A stretch of 64,000 bases of DNA from Candidatus Magasanikiibacteriota bacterium. GTDB taxonomy: Bacteria > Patescibacteriota > Patescibacteriia > Magasanikbacterales > GWA2-37-8. The translations under genes were made by a program, and so were the position numbers. Under the pieces are notes generated by a model. The model was given only the letters and a program-made list of their open reading frames with translations, was not told the origin of the DNA and did not search any database. This document shows, piece after piece, positions 56,171 to 64,000 of the stretch. The DNA lies in assembly GCA_030650025.1 (NCBI GenBank), contig JAUSEN010000007.1, positions 9,472 through 73,471 of the forward strand, given 5' to 3'. Each line of letters opens with the position of its first letter. The first letter of the stretch is position 1.

Positions 56171-57094
56171 ATGGTTATTGGCCACGCGAAAGTCTTAGCC
56201 TATTTTGACAAGGCTATAAAAAACAAGAGTTTGGCACATAGCTATGCTTTAATTGGGCGCGCGTCGCTCGGCAAGATGACGCTCGCGAGAGTTGTGGCTG
56301 GTAAAATTTTGGGAGTCGCGCCGGAAAAGTTAGCCACGCACCCCGATTTTACCGCTGTATTCCGCCTCACGGACGAGAAAACCGGCAAACTTAAGACCGA
56401 GATTTCCGTGGCGCAAGCGCGGGAGTTAAAAAATAGTTTAACGCGGCCAAGCTGGAGCGCTGAATACAGGGTGGTCATAATTAAAGAGGCGGACAAATTG
56501 AGTCTCGAAGCGGGCAACGCTCTTTTAAAATTTTTGGAAGAACCGGTGACCAAAACAGTAGTTTTTTTACTAGCCGAAGACGACGGCGATATTCTCCCCA
56601 CGGTTAAATCTCGCGTTCAAATTTTTAATTTATTTCCGGTAGCGACCGCGGAATTATCAGCGGGGTTAAAGGCCGACGGATATGCGGCGGCGGAAATAGA
56701 AAGTGTCTTGGCGTTATCTTTTGGCCGGCCAGGAGTGGCGCTGGCGCTTTTAAACGATGAGAGCGAGCGCGCGCGGGTAGTGGCCGAACATCAGCGTTTT
56801 GAGGCTTTGCGCGGCCAGCCATTTTACTCTCAAGTAAAGCGTACTGAAGATTTATTTAGTAAAACGAATGAAGAAGAGACCAGGCAAGCGGAAAAAATCG
56901 CGGATTTGTTTAATTGGTGGAGTTTGTGGTGGCAGGAAGAATTGGTAAGCAACCTGAAGCTCCCGGATAATAACGAGCCGCGCGCGGCCCAAAAAATTTT
57001 AGGAGTGTTAGACGCGTTAAGCGAGGGTCGGCGTTTTTTAGCACAGCAAGTTAACCCGCGATTGGTTTTAGAAAATGTTATTATGCAATTTTAA
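56171..57094 (+). CDS. holB: DNA polymerase III delta-prime-like clamp-loader subunit
   Basis: IGHAKVLAYFDKAIKNKSLAHSYALIGRASLGKMTLA is a degenerate Walker A typical of delta-prime. The ATG at 56171 is preferred over the TTG at 56135. Confidence 0.6.
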   Translation: MVIGHAKVLAYFDKAIKNKSLAHSYALIGRASLGKMTLARVVAGKILGVAPEKLATHPDFTAVFRLTDEKTGKLKTEISVAQARELKNSLTRPSWSAEYRVVIIKEADKLSLEAGNALLKFLEEPVTKTVVFLLAEDDGDILPTVKSRVQIFNLFPVATAELSAGLKADGYAAAEIESVLALSFGRPGVALALLNDESERARVVAEHQRFEALRGQPFYSQVKRTEDLFSKTNEEETRQAEKIADLFNWWSLWWQEELVSNLKLPDNNEPRAAQKILGVLDALSEGRRFLAQQVNPRLVLENVIMQF

Positions 57095-57144
57095 TTTTTT
57101 AATTATAAATTACTTAGATTTACAAATTTTTTACTGATAATTTT

Positions 57145-58230
57145 ATGAACAGATTTAGATTATATTTTTTAGGAGCGTCCCTCTTAGTGACGCTCGGCGC
57201 GGGCTGTATCCAGTTTGGCGGCAGTAAAACCGCGCTCGGGCCCTCTGGAATGTATCGCTCCAGCGATAAAGGCGAAACGTGGGCGCCGATCGTTTCCCTC
57301 CCTACGGCCGAGGGCGTTAAAAGCATGGCCGGGGTTAATGTTTTTCGGGTGTTTACGGACCCGGGTGACGCGAACGCCATGTATTTAGCCAGCCGCAATC
57401 AAGGGTTATTTTTTACTTATAACAATGGCAGTTCCTGGAGCCGGTCCGATGTTTTGGCCGGGAAGTATATCTATGCCATGGCCATTGACCCGCAAAATAA
57501 ATGCGTGATATATGTGAGCGACGAGGGCCATATTTACAAAACCAGCGACTGCACCCGGAGCTGGCGCTTAATTTATACCGAAGAGCGGCCAAGCCAGCGA
57601 CCGGTGTCCCTCGCGATTGATTACGCGGATTCCAATTTAATATACGCGGCCTTGGCGGGCGGGGATATTTTAAAAAGCGTGGATGGCGGCACTAGCTGGC
57701 GCGTCACCAAGCGGTTTGGCTTTCCGGTGCAATATTTGACCGCCGATCCTTTCGCGGCCAAACGTATTTATGTGGCCGCGGCGCAAAAAGGGCTGTTTCG
57801 TTCCGATAACGCGGGCGAGGAGTGGTATGATATGTCGGGTAATATCGCGGGGTATAGCGGCGCGCTTAATTTTTATCGCTTAATACTCCATCCTAGTAAG
57901 AAGGCGAATTTGTTTTGGATTTCTAAATACGGCATTTTGCATTCCGAGGATGGCGGCGCCACTTGGAAGGATCTCCAGTTGATTACTCCGCCGGGCGGGG
58001 TTAATATTTACGCTTTCGCGGTTAACCCCCAAAACGACAAAGAAATGTATTACACGGGCACGATTTTAAACGAAAAAGGCGTGCCGGTGCGCTCCACGTT
58101 ATACAAAACTGTGGACGGCGGGAAGACCTGGGTAACGAAGAAATTGCCTACCAATACTATTCCGGTGTACTTGTATGTTCATGTAAAAGATGGTAAGGTG
58201 ATTTTTCTTGGCTTCACCGCTTCGACTTAG
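57145..58230 (+). CDS. Lipoprotein with BNR/Asp-box repeats (beta-propeller, Ycf48-like)
   Basis: Lipobox LGAGC. Seven S-x-D-x-G-x-(T/S)-W repeats (SDKGETW, NNGSSW, DCTRSW, DGGTSW, NAGEEW, DGGATW, DGGKTW). Confidence 0.65.
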   Translation: MNRFRLYFLGASLLVTLGAGCIQFGGSKTALGPSGMYRSSDKGETWAPIVSLPTAEGVKSMAGVNVFRVFTDPGDANAMYLASRNQGLFFTYNNGSSWSRSDVLAGKYIYAMAIDPQNKCVIYVSDEGHIYKTSDCTRSWRLIYTEERPSQRPVSLAIDYADSNLIYAALAGGDILKSVDGGTSWRVTKRFGFPVQYLTADPFAAKRIYVAAAQKGLFRSDNAGEEWYDMSGNIAGYSGALNFYRLILHPSKKANLFWISKYGILHSEDGGATWKDLQLITPPGGVNIYAFAVNPQNDKEMYYTGTILNEKGVPVRSTLYKTVDGGKTWVTKKLPTNTIPVYLYVHVKDGKVIFLGFTAST

Positions 58231-58287
58231 TGGTTTTAATTGTTTGTCGCTTAAGAAATATTTTTTTAAGTAAAGATAGTTGATAAT

Positions 58288-58836
58288 ATGAATTTGAATG
58301 ACTATAAAAATGAATTTGTTAAGGCAATAGATTTTTTTAAGTCTGATATTTCCAGTTTGCGCACGGGGCGGGCGACCACGGCGATTGTTGACGGCGTCCA
58401 AGTAGAAGCCTATGGCACGCGTTCGCCCCTGAAAGCGGTAGCGACAATTTCCGTGGCAGACGCGAAGACATTAAATATTGAACCGTGGGACAAAAGCCAG
58501 TTGCAAGCAATAGAGAAGGGCATTCGCGACGCGGGGTTGAATTTAAACCCGGTTAACGACGGGCGCCTAATTCGTTTGATTTTGCCGGAATTAACTAGCG
58601 AGCGCCGCCAAGAACTTACCAAAGTTTTGCATCAAAAAATGGAACAAGCCAAAATTTCGGTGCGCAAAGTAAGAGAAGAGGCGCGTGAGATGATTATGAT
58701 GGAAGAGAAAGATAAAAGCATTAGCGAAGACGAGAAGTTTAAGTTGCAGGAAGAGTTAGAAAAAATGGTAAAAAGTTATAACGAAGAGATCGAGAAAATC
58801 GGGGAGGGGAAGGAAAAAGAAATAACGACGGTGTAA
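58288..58836 (+). CDS. frr: Ribosome recycling factor
   Basis: N-terminus ...SLRTGRATTAIVDGVQVEAYG and the conserved RRF C-terminus. Confidence 0.9.
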   Translation: MNLNDYKNEFVKAIDFFKSDISSLRTGRATTAIVDGVQVEAYGTRSPLKAVATISVADAKTLNIEPWDKSQLQAIEKGIRDAGLNLNPVNDGRLIRLILPELTSERRQELTKVLHQKMEQAKISVRKVREEAREMIMMEEKDKSISEDEKFKLQEELEKMVKSYNEEIEKIGEGKEKEITTV

Positions 58837-58839
58837 AAT

Positions 58840-60222
58840 ATGTCAGCAGAAAATAAAGCCGAAAATAAAATGGACAAAATAATTTCGCTCTGCAAGCGGC
58901 GGGGGTTTATTTTTCCGGGCAGTGAAATTTATGGCGGCCTGGCTAATACTTGGGATTACGGCCCCTTAGGTATTTTATTAAAAAATAATATCCGGGATTA
59001 TTGGTGGCAGAAAATAGTGCGAGAGAATAATGATATCGTGGGCTTAGACGCGTCCATTTTGATGAATTCTAAAGTCTGGGAGGTGAGTGGCCATGTGGCT
59101 GGTTTTACCGATCCACTCGTGGATTGTAAGGCGTGTAAAAAACGCTGGCGGGCTGACCATTTGCTTGAAGCTAAGGGCCTGAAGCCGGATTTTGAACCCG
59201 ACGTAGAATTAGTTGATATTAAATGCCCCGAGTGCGGCGGGAGCTTAGGGGCCGTGCGCCAGTTTAATTTAATGTTCGAAACTAATATCGGGCCCCTGAA
59301 AGATGAAGGGAGTAAAGTATACCTGCGCCCGGAAACGGCCCAAGGAATTTTTGTAAATTTTAAAAATGTCTTAGAGAGTCAGCGCAAACGCGTGCCGTTT
59401 GGCATCGCGCAAATCGGCAAAGCGTTTCGTAACGAAATTACGCCGGGAAATTTTGTGTTTCGCACCCGCGAATTCGAGCAAATGGAAATGGAATGGTTTG
59501 TGAAGCCCGGCACTGATGAAGATTGGTTTGAAACCTGGAAAAATTTTATGTGGGAGTGGTTTAAAAATTTGGGTGTTAAAGAAAAGGATTTGCGCTTCTA
59601 CGAACATCCTAAAGAAAAATTATCACACTACTCTAAGCGCACGGTGGACTTGGAATATAATTTTCCGTGGGGTTGGGGAGAGCTCTGGGGCCTCGCGAAC
59701 CGCACGGATTTTGATTTAAAACAGCACAGCAAATTTAGCGGCCAGGAATTAAGTTATCGCGACCCGGAAACCAATGAAGTTTTTGTGCCGTTTGTAATTG
59801 AACCGGCGCTGGGTTTAACGCGCGCGCTGCTGGTACTCCTCTTGAATGCTTACGAAGAAGTAGAAACCAGAAGTGGAAACGAAGACGGCAAACACGAAAC
59901 AGAAATTGTGCTTCGCTTGCATAAAGCGATCGCGCCGATTAAAGCCGCTATTCTGCCTCTCTCGAAAAAGGAACCGCTCGCGAAATTAGCGCTGGAAATA
60001 CAGGCGAGTTTGGCGGGAAGTATGATGACACAGTACGATGAGACGGGTAGTATCGGCAAGCGCTATCGCCGCCAGGACGAAATTGGCACGCCGTATTGCG
60101 TGACAGTAGATTTTGAATCTCTCGAGGACAAGCAAGTTACCGTGCGCGACCGCGATACGATGGCGCAAGAACGAGTGGCAATCGCGGATTTAAGAAATTA
60201 CTTAATTAATAAGTTTTTATGA
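58840..60222 (+). CDS. glyQS: Glycine--tRNA ligase, alpha2 dimeric (archaeal/eukaryal-like) type
   Basis: N-terminus KRRGFIFPGSEIYGGLANTWDYGPLG and class II motifs. A single-chain 460-aa enzyme. Confidence 0.85.
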   Translation: MSAENKAENKMDKIISLCKRRGFIFPGSEIYGGLANTWDYGPLGILLKNNIRDYWWQKIVRENNDIVGLDASILMNSKVWEVSGHVAGFTDPLVDCKACKKRWRADHLLEAKGLKPDFEPDVELVDIKCPECGGSLGAVRQFNLMFETNIGPLKDEGSKVYLRPETAQGIFVNFKNVLESQRKRVPFGIAQIGKAFRNEITPGNFVFRTREFEQMEMEWFVKPGTDEDWFETWKNFMWEWFKNLGVKEKDLRFYEHPKEKLSHYSKRTVDLEYNFPWGWGELWGLANRTDFDLKQHSKFSGQELSYRDPETNEVFVPFVIEPALGLTRALLVLLLNAYEEVETRSGNEDGKHETEIVLRLHKAIAPIKAAILPLSKKEPLAKLALEIQASLAGSMMTQYDETGSIGKRYRRQDEIGTPYCVTVDFESLEDKQVTVRDRDTMAQERVAIADLRNYLINKFL

Positions 60223-60536
60223 GTGAAGCCAATATTTCGGATCGCCCCGCGCCCATTGAAGGCCACGCGTTTACGCACGACTTAGAGTCCGGTCCTCATG
60301 CTGGGCTGATGAAAGCTCTCAATCATCTATGGTCAGCGACAAAAGATCATGGCGGTTTTTCTATTTCTCCTGATAAAATAGTAACTTTAGATGATTCAGC
60401 GGCAGTTTCTGGAATAACTATAAGTATTGCCAGAGCCATTGAGAATTTTTTACCCGATCTTTCAGCGGAAGAGTTAGCTGGTTTTATCAAGTATATAGCA
60501 GAATTGCATAAACATCCGTCAAGAGATCACGAATAA
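60219..60536 (+). CDS. Hypothetical protein (105 aa)
   Basis: ORF overlapping the glyQS stop by 4 nt (ATGA). Confidence 0.35.
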   Translation: MSEANISDRPAPIEGHAFTHDLESGPHAGLMKALNHLWSATKDHGGFSISPDKIVTLDDSAAVSGITISIARAIENFLPDLSAEELAGFIKYIAELHKHPSRDHE

Positions 60537-60539
60537 TGT

Positions 60540-61829
60540 ATGCATAAATTTTTTAATTTAAATAATGGCGTTACGCTTATTACGGTGCCAGTTGCCGGAA
60601 CTCGAGCCACGACGGTACTAGCCATGTTTCCGGTGGGGTCGCGTTACGAATCTAAAAAACTTTCCGGCGCTTCGCATTTTTTGGAGCACATGCTTTTTAA
60701 AGGCACGAGCAAGCGCCCGGAGGCGATTGATATTTCGCGCGAACTAGAAGCGGCGGGCGCCGAGTATAATGCTTTTACTAACAAAGACTATACCGGCTAC
60801 TATGTTAAAATCGCCGCGACTAAGCAAGAATTGGCGTTTGATACGATCGCGGACATGATTTATAACTCCAAGATCGAGCCGGCCGAAGTCGAGAAGGAAA
60901 AGGGCGCGATTGTGGAGGAATTGCGCATGTATAAAGACAACCCCACTATGGCGGTCGACATGCTGTTTGATTCGGTAATTTTTGGCGATACGCCGCTCGG
61001 GTGGGATATTGGCGGCACGCCCGATAGCGTCCGGGCCATAACGCGCGCGGAGCTTTGGGGTTATTATCAGGAGCATTACAGCCCCAAAAATATGGTGCTG
61101 TCCGTGGCTGGCAAGATTGACGCTAAATTAAAAAAATACTTAAATAATTTTTTAGCGAAGCCAGCTTTAGCCGGGGCGCATACGACGGAATATTATAAAA
61201 AGAATTTTTCTAAAATGGTTTGGCCGCGGAAAGCGCCCGCGCTGGAAAAGCGCGTGGCCGTGGAAGAGCGCAAGGCGGACCAGGCGCATTTGATTTTGGG
61301 GTTCCCGGGCCTTCCTAATACCAGCCCGGAGCGCTACGCCGTTGCTTTGCTTTTGAATATTCTAGGCGGGGGGATGAGTTCGCGTTTATTTATCGAAGTG
61401 CGCGAGAAGCGCGGACTCGCTTATATGGTGCAGGCTGGTTCTTCAACTTTTCGCGATGTTGGGGTAGCGTATGTGCAGGCGGGGCTTGACCCAGCGCGCC
61501 TTAAGGAAGCGCTCCAGGTAATAAAAGGGGAGCTCCTCCGAATAGCGGCCGAGCCAGTTACCGCCGAAGAGCTCAAAAACGCCAAAAGTTGTATTTCGGG
61601 CGCGATGGCCTTGAGTTTGGAGAATAGCCGGGTGCAGGCCGAGTGGTTTGCCAAGCAGTTTTTATTTAATGCTAAAATAGAAACTCCGGAACAAGTTATT
61701 AAGAAAATGATGGAAGTTACCACTACAGATGTTTTAAGGGTGGCAAAAAAAATATTTGTACCAGAGGCGATGCGTGTGGCTTTAATCGGCCAAATTAATA
61801 AAAATAAAGTTCTGTCTTACCTAACTTAA
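60540..61829 (+). CDS. M16 family (insulinase/pitrilysin-like) zinc peptidase
   Basis: Inverted zinc motif HFLEHMLFKGT (HxxEH). Confidence 0.7.
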   Translation: MHKFFNLNNGVTLITVPVAGTRATTVLAMFPVGSRYESKKLSGASHFLEHMLFKGTSKRPEAIDISRELEAAGAEYNAFTNKDYTGYYVKIAATKQELAFDTIADMIYNSKIEPAEVEKEKGAIVEELRMYKDNPTMAVDMLFDSVIFGDTPLGWDIGGTPDSVRAITRAELWGYYQEHYSPKNMVLSVAGKIDAKLKKYLNNFLAKPALAGAHTTEYYKKNFSKMVWPRKAPALEKRVAVEERKADQAHLILGFPGLPNTSPERYAVALLLNILGGGMSSRLFIEVREKRGLAYMVQAGSSTFRDVGVAYVQAGLDPARLKEALQVIKGELLRIAAEPVTAEELKNAKSCISGAMALSLENSRVQAEWFAKQFLFNAKIETPEQVIKKMMEVTTTDVLRVAKKIFVPEAMRVALIGQINKNKVLSYLT

Positions 61830-61834
61830 GTAAC

Positions 61835-61921
61835 GCCGCGCTTCAAAGGAATGCGAGCCGAGCTTCAAAGGACACTGCTCGGCACGATTCTGTTGAATCG
61901 GGCATGAATTCGTCAATTCAT
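61835..61921 (+). promoter_or_regulatory. Copy of the recurrent 5' element upstream of tpiA
   Basis: GCCGCGCTTCAAAGGAATGC-hairpin(GAGCCGAGC-ttcaaaggacact-GCTCGGC)-ACGATTCTGTTGAATCGGGCATGAATTCGTCAATTCATATG. Confidence 0.5.
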
Positions 61922-62704
61922 ATGAACGAGACCAAGAAATTGTATTTGTTTGCCAATTGGAAGATGTATTTGGGTTTAGAAGCCAGCTATGTTTTGGCAA
62001 AAAATATTAAAGAAGAATTGGCTAATTTAAATAACGGCATTACCATGGCCGTGTTTCCTTCGACTCTGGCTTTGGCATCGGTGGCCGCGGAGTTGAAGAG
62101 CACGACAATTAAAGTCGGCGCGCAAAATGTTTATTGGGTGCCAGAAGGCGGGTATACGGGCGAAGTTTCCGCCGAGATGTTCGCGGCCACGGGGGCAGAG
62201 TACGCGCTTATCGGCCATTCGGAAAGGCGTCATCAGTGCCATGAAACTAACCACGAAGTACGCCAGAAAATTGAGGCGGCGCTAACCGCTGGTCTTACGC
62301 CCGTGATTTGCATTGGCGAAACTGCCAGCGAACGTGAAGCCGGGTCAACAGCAGAAGTAATTGAAACGCAGTTGCGCTCGGCTCTCGGCGCACTGGCCTG
62401 GCGAGATGGCCTGCCTCTTCTCATAGCTTATGAACCAGTGTGGGCGATTAGCCGCGGCGTTAACAAGCCCGGAGGCCATTGCAGCGCGGTGGAAGCCGGG
62501 AAGATGCATGCCGTGGTTGAAAAAATTGCCCGCGAACTCACCGGCATCGCTCCGGCTGTGCTTTACGGCGGGAGTGTGCGCCCGGAAACCATTGCGGAAT
62601 ATTTGGCTACCCCTCATATCGCGGGAGTTTTGGTGGGGGCGGCGGCGACAAAATTTTCTAGTTGGTCCGAAATTACGGCGGCCGCGGTAGAGGCCTGGCG
62701 TTAG
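61922..62704 (+). CDS. tpiA: Triosephosphate isomerase
   Basis: KKLYLFANWKMY and active-site blocks. The ATG at 61922 is preferred on the CATATG leader context, and the ATG at 61904 is an in-frame alternative. Confidence 0.85.
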   Translation: MNETKKLYLFANWKMYLGLEASYVLAKNIKEELANLNNGITMAVFPSTLALASVAAELKSTTIKVGAQNVYWVPEGGYTGEVSAEMFAATGAEYALIGHSERRHQCHETNHEVRQKIEAALTAGLTPVICIGETASEREAGSTAEVIETQLRSALGALAWRDGLPLLIAYEPVWAISRGVNKPGGHCSAVEAGKMHAVVEKIARELTGIAPAVLYGGSVRPETIAEYLATPHIAGVLVGAAATKFSSWSEITAAAVEAWR

Positions 62705-62705
62705 T

Positions 62706-63608
62706 ATGCTCTTAAATATTTTATTAATTATTGTGGCTGTGGGCGTGGCGGTTATACTCGCGGTCTTAGGGCGCCATTTGCGCGAGGCGGCACAGCTTGA
62801 CGTCGATAACTTGCCGTTAGAGCAAGAATACCGCAAGAAGCAAGCCATTTTAGGGAAGCGCCTCGAGGCCGAGGGTAAAATTTTGCGCGAGCGCAGTGAG
62901 AAGTTGCTCCGGCCTCTGAAAAAGTTTTGGGATATTATTCAAACCAAATTTCGCGTTTACGTTTATAAAATAGAAAAGCTGTGGCGATACGAAAAAGTTT
63001 TGCGCAAAACCAAGGCCGCGCCCCGGGTGCCAGAGGAGCGGCAGAACAAAATCGACAGCCACCTGAAGCAAGGAGAGGAGTCTTTAGCACGCGCGACCTA
63101 TGACACGGCCGAAAGCGCGTTTATCGCCGCTATCAAGCTCGATCCTAAATGCGCGGCCGCTTACCACGGGCTCGCCAAGACATACATGGGCAGAGAATCT
63201 TGGGAGGAAGCGCGGCAAACCTTGTTATTTTTGGCTAAATTAGATCCGAGTAATGACAACGTGTTCGCGGCGCTTGGCGAAGTAGCCGAAAAATTAGGAG
63301 ATGTCGGCAAAGCTATTGAATATTACCAGGAAGCGGTAATTTTAAACGACGCGCTTTCGCCGCGTTTCTACCACTTGGCCGAGTTGCTCCTTAAAGAAAA
63401 CCAGCCCGCCGTGGCCAGAGAAGCAGTGGTATCGGCTTTAGCCTTGGAACCCAAAAATCCCAAATATCTTGACTTACTCGTAGAAACTGCTATACTGATG
63501 GGCGACCAAGACGAAGCCGAGCGTGGGTTCCAAGAGATGCGCCTGGTTAATCCGGAGAATCAAAAATTGGCGGAGTGGAAAGAGAGAATCGCGAAAATTG
63601 AGAGATAG
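62706..63608 (+). CDS. Membrane-anchored TPR-repeat protein
   Basis: N-terminal TM helix, then TPR-like repeats (AAYHGLAKTYMGRESWEEARQ..., ALGEVAEKLGDVGKAIEYYQEA...). Confidence 0.6.
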   Translation: MLLNILLIIVAVGVAVILAVLGRHLREAAQLDVDNLPLEQEYRKKQAILGKRLEAEGKILRERSEKLLRPLKKFWDIIQTKFRVYVYKIEKLWRYEKVLRKTKAAPRVPEERQNKIDSHLKQGEESLARATYDTAESAFIAAIKLDPKCAAAYHGLAKTYMGRESWEEARQTLLFLAKLDPSNDNVFAALGEVAEKLGDVGKAIEYYQEAVILNDALSPRFYHLAELLLKENQPAVAREAVVSALALEPKNPKYLDLLVETAILMGDQDEAERGFQEMRLVNPENQKLAEWKERIAKIER

Positions 63609-63619
63609 TTTTTGAACAT

Positions 63620-63703
63620 GGGCAGGTTGCAGAGCGGTCAAATGCTCCAGACTGTAAATCTGGCGGCCTCCGGCCTTCGAAGGTTCGAATCCTTCCCTGC
63701 CCA
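63620..63703 (+). tRNA. tRNA-Tyr (anticodon GTA)
   Basis: Acceptor GGGCAGG/CCTGCCC, anticodon stem CCAGA/TCTGG with loop CTGTAAA, long variable arm and T-loop TTCGAAT. Confidence 0.8.
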
Positions 63704-63721
63704 CTCGTCGTCAAATTTTAC

Positions 63722-63792
63722 GCCGGAGTAGCTCAGCTGGTACCATGAACCACAATGGTTCATGGCCGTGCACCCTTGTGGTGCACGGGAGC
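63722..63792 (+). other. tRNA-like 5' fragment: acceptor 5' strand plus a D-arm whose D-loop carries a 46-nt double-hairpin insertion, with no anticodon or T arm
   Basis: GCCGGAG-TA-GCTC-AGCTGGTA-[CCATGAACC-acaat-GGTTCATGG][CCGTGCACC-cttgt-GGTGCACGG]-GAGC. Only 11 nt separate it from the next tRNA. Confidence 0.4.
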
Positions 63793-63803
63793 AATTTAAC
63801 AGC

Positions 63804-63876
63804 GCCATCTTAGCTCAGCTGGTAGAGCAACAGTTTTGTAAACTGTAGGTCCGGGGTTCGAATCCCCGAGATGGCT
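63804..63876 (+). tRNA. tRNA-Thr (anticodon TGT)
   Basis: Acceptor GCCATCT/AGATGGC, D-arm TAGCTCAGCTGGTAGAGCA, anticodon stem ACAGT/ACTGT with loop TTTGTAA, T-loop TTCGAAT. Confidence 0.85.
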
Positions 63877-63892
63877 CAAAAAATATTAAAGT

Positions 63893-63963
63893 GCCGTTGT
63901 AGCTCAGATGGTACCATGAACCACAAGGGTTCATGGCCGTGCACCCTTGTGGTGCACGGGAGC
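63893..63963 (+). other. Second tRNA-like 5' fragment with the same 46-nt double-hairpin insertion
   Basis: GCCGTTG-TA-GCTC-AGATGGTA-[CCATGAACC-acaag-GGTTCATGG][CCGTGCACC-cttgt-GGTGCACGG]-GAGC. Only 25 nt follow before the next copy begins. Confidence 0.4.
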
Positions 63964-63988
63964 ACTAAGACAAATTGTTCAAACTAAT

Positions 63989-64000
63989 GCCGTTGTAGCT
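63989..64000 (+). other. Start of a third copy of the tRNA-like unit, truncated by the window edge
   Basis: GCCGTTGTAGCT is identical to the first 12 nt of the 63893 unit. Confidence 0.3.

Noticed and set aside
1-64000. Alternative genetic code (code 25/4, as in some CPR lineages), considered because only RF1 (prfA) is seen
   Set aside because: All recognisable genes are full length under the standard code with TGA, TAA and TAG all used as stops (for example tadE ends in TGA). An RF2 gene may simply lie outside the window.
63722-64000. CRISPR array as an explanation for the repeated hairpin units at the 3' edge
   Set aside because: The units are 71 nt, tRNA-like at their 5' ends, separated by a genuine tRNA and by irregular short spacers (11-25 nt). 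No regular repeat-spacer periodicity and no cas genes are present.

Overview
The window looks like a fragment of a small bacterial chromosome with streamlined gene content, and I infer it to be Candidate Phyla Radiation / Patescibacteria-like. That inference rests on an alpha2-type GlyRS, a short archaeal-type AspRS, two iPGM copies, giant surface proteins, Tad pili, DUF4012-like genes, weak or absent Shine-Dalgarno use, and the standard genetic code.

Most of the window is densely packed core genes:
- Translation: prmC-prfA, rpmE, rpsB-tsf, rplJ-rplL with an L10-leader-like 5' region, rpmB, frr, aspS, glyQS.
- Glycolysis: gap, pgk, eno, two tandem gpmI paralogs, tpiA.
- Chromosome and cell shape: scpA, scpB, mreB, bactofilin, a D,D-carboxypeptidase, a GT2 synthase and a holB-like gene.

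Standout regions:
1. A complete Tad/Flp pilus locus without a secretin (22983-28037): flp pilin, tadE, tadG-like, cpaB, cpaF, tadB, tadC and prepilin peptidase.
2. An accessory, compositionally heterogeneous surface-protein island (29480-42190). It holds a 1482-aa secreted transglutaminase-like protein, a DKNYY-repeat protein, two AT-rich paralogous small proteins, a Lys-rich secreted protein and a 1622-aa protein with prenyltransferase-like repeats.
3. A recurrent structured element ending in CATATG at the start codon, found upstream of six unrelated genes and built around the box GCGCTTCAAAGGAC.
4. At the 3' edge, an array of tRNA-Tyr and tRNA-Thr interleaved with tRNA-like 5' fragments. Each fragment carries a conserved 46-nt double-hairpin insertion in the D-loop.
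5. A very GC-rich 2OG-Fe(II) oxygenase gene at the 5' edge, probably horizontally acquired.
6. Two orphan units, each a consensus promoter followed by a terminator, that are candidate small RNAs.

I found no CRISPR array, no rRNA and no obvious integrase or transposase. All assignments come from reading motifs by eye; I ran no searches.
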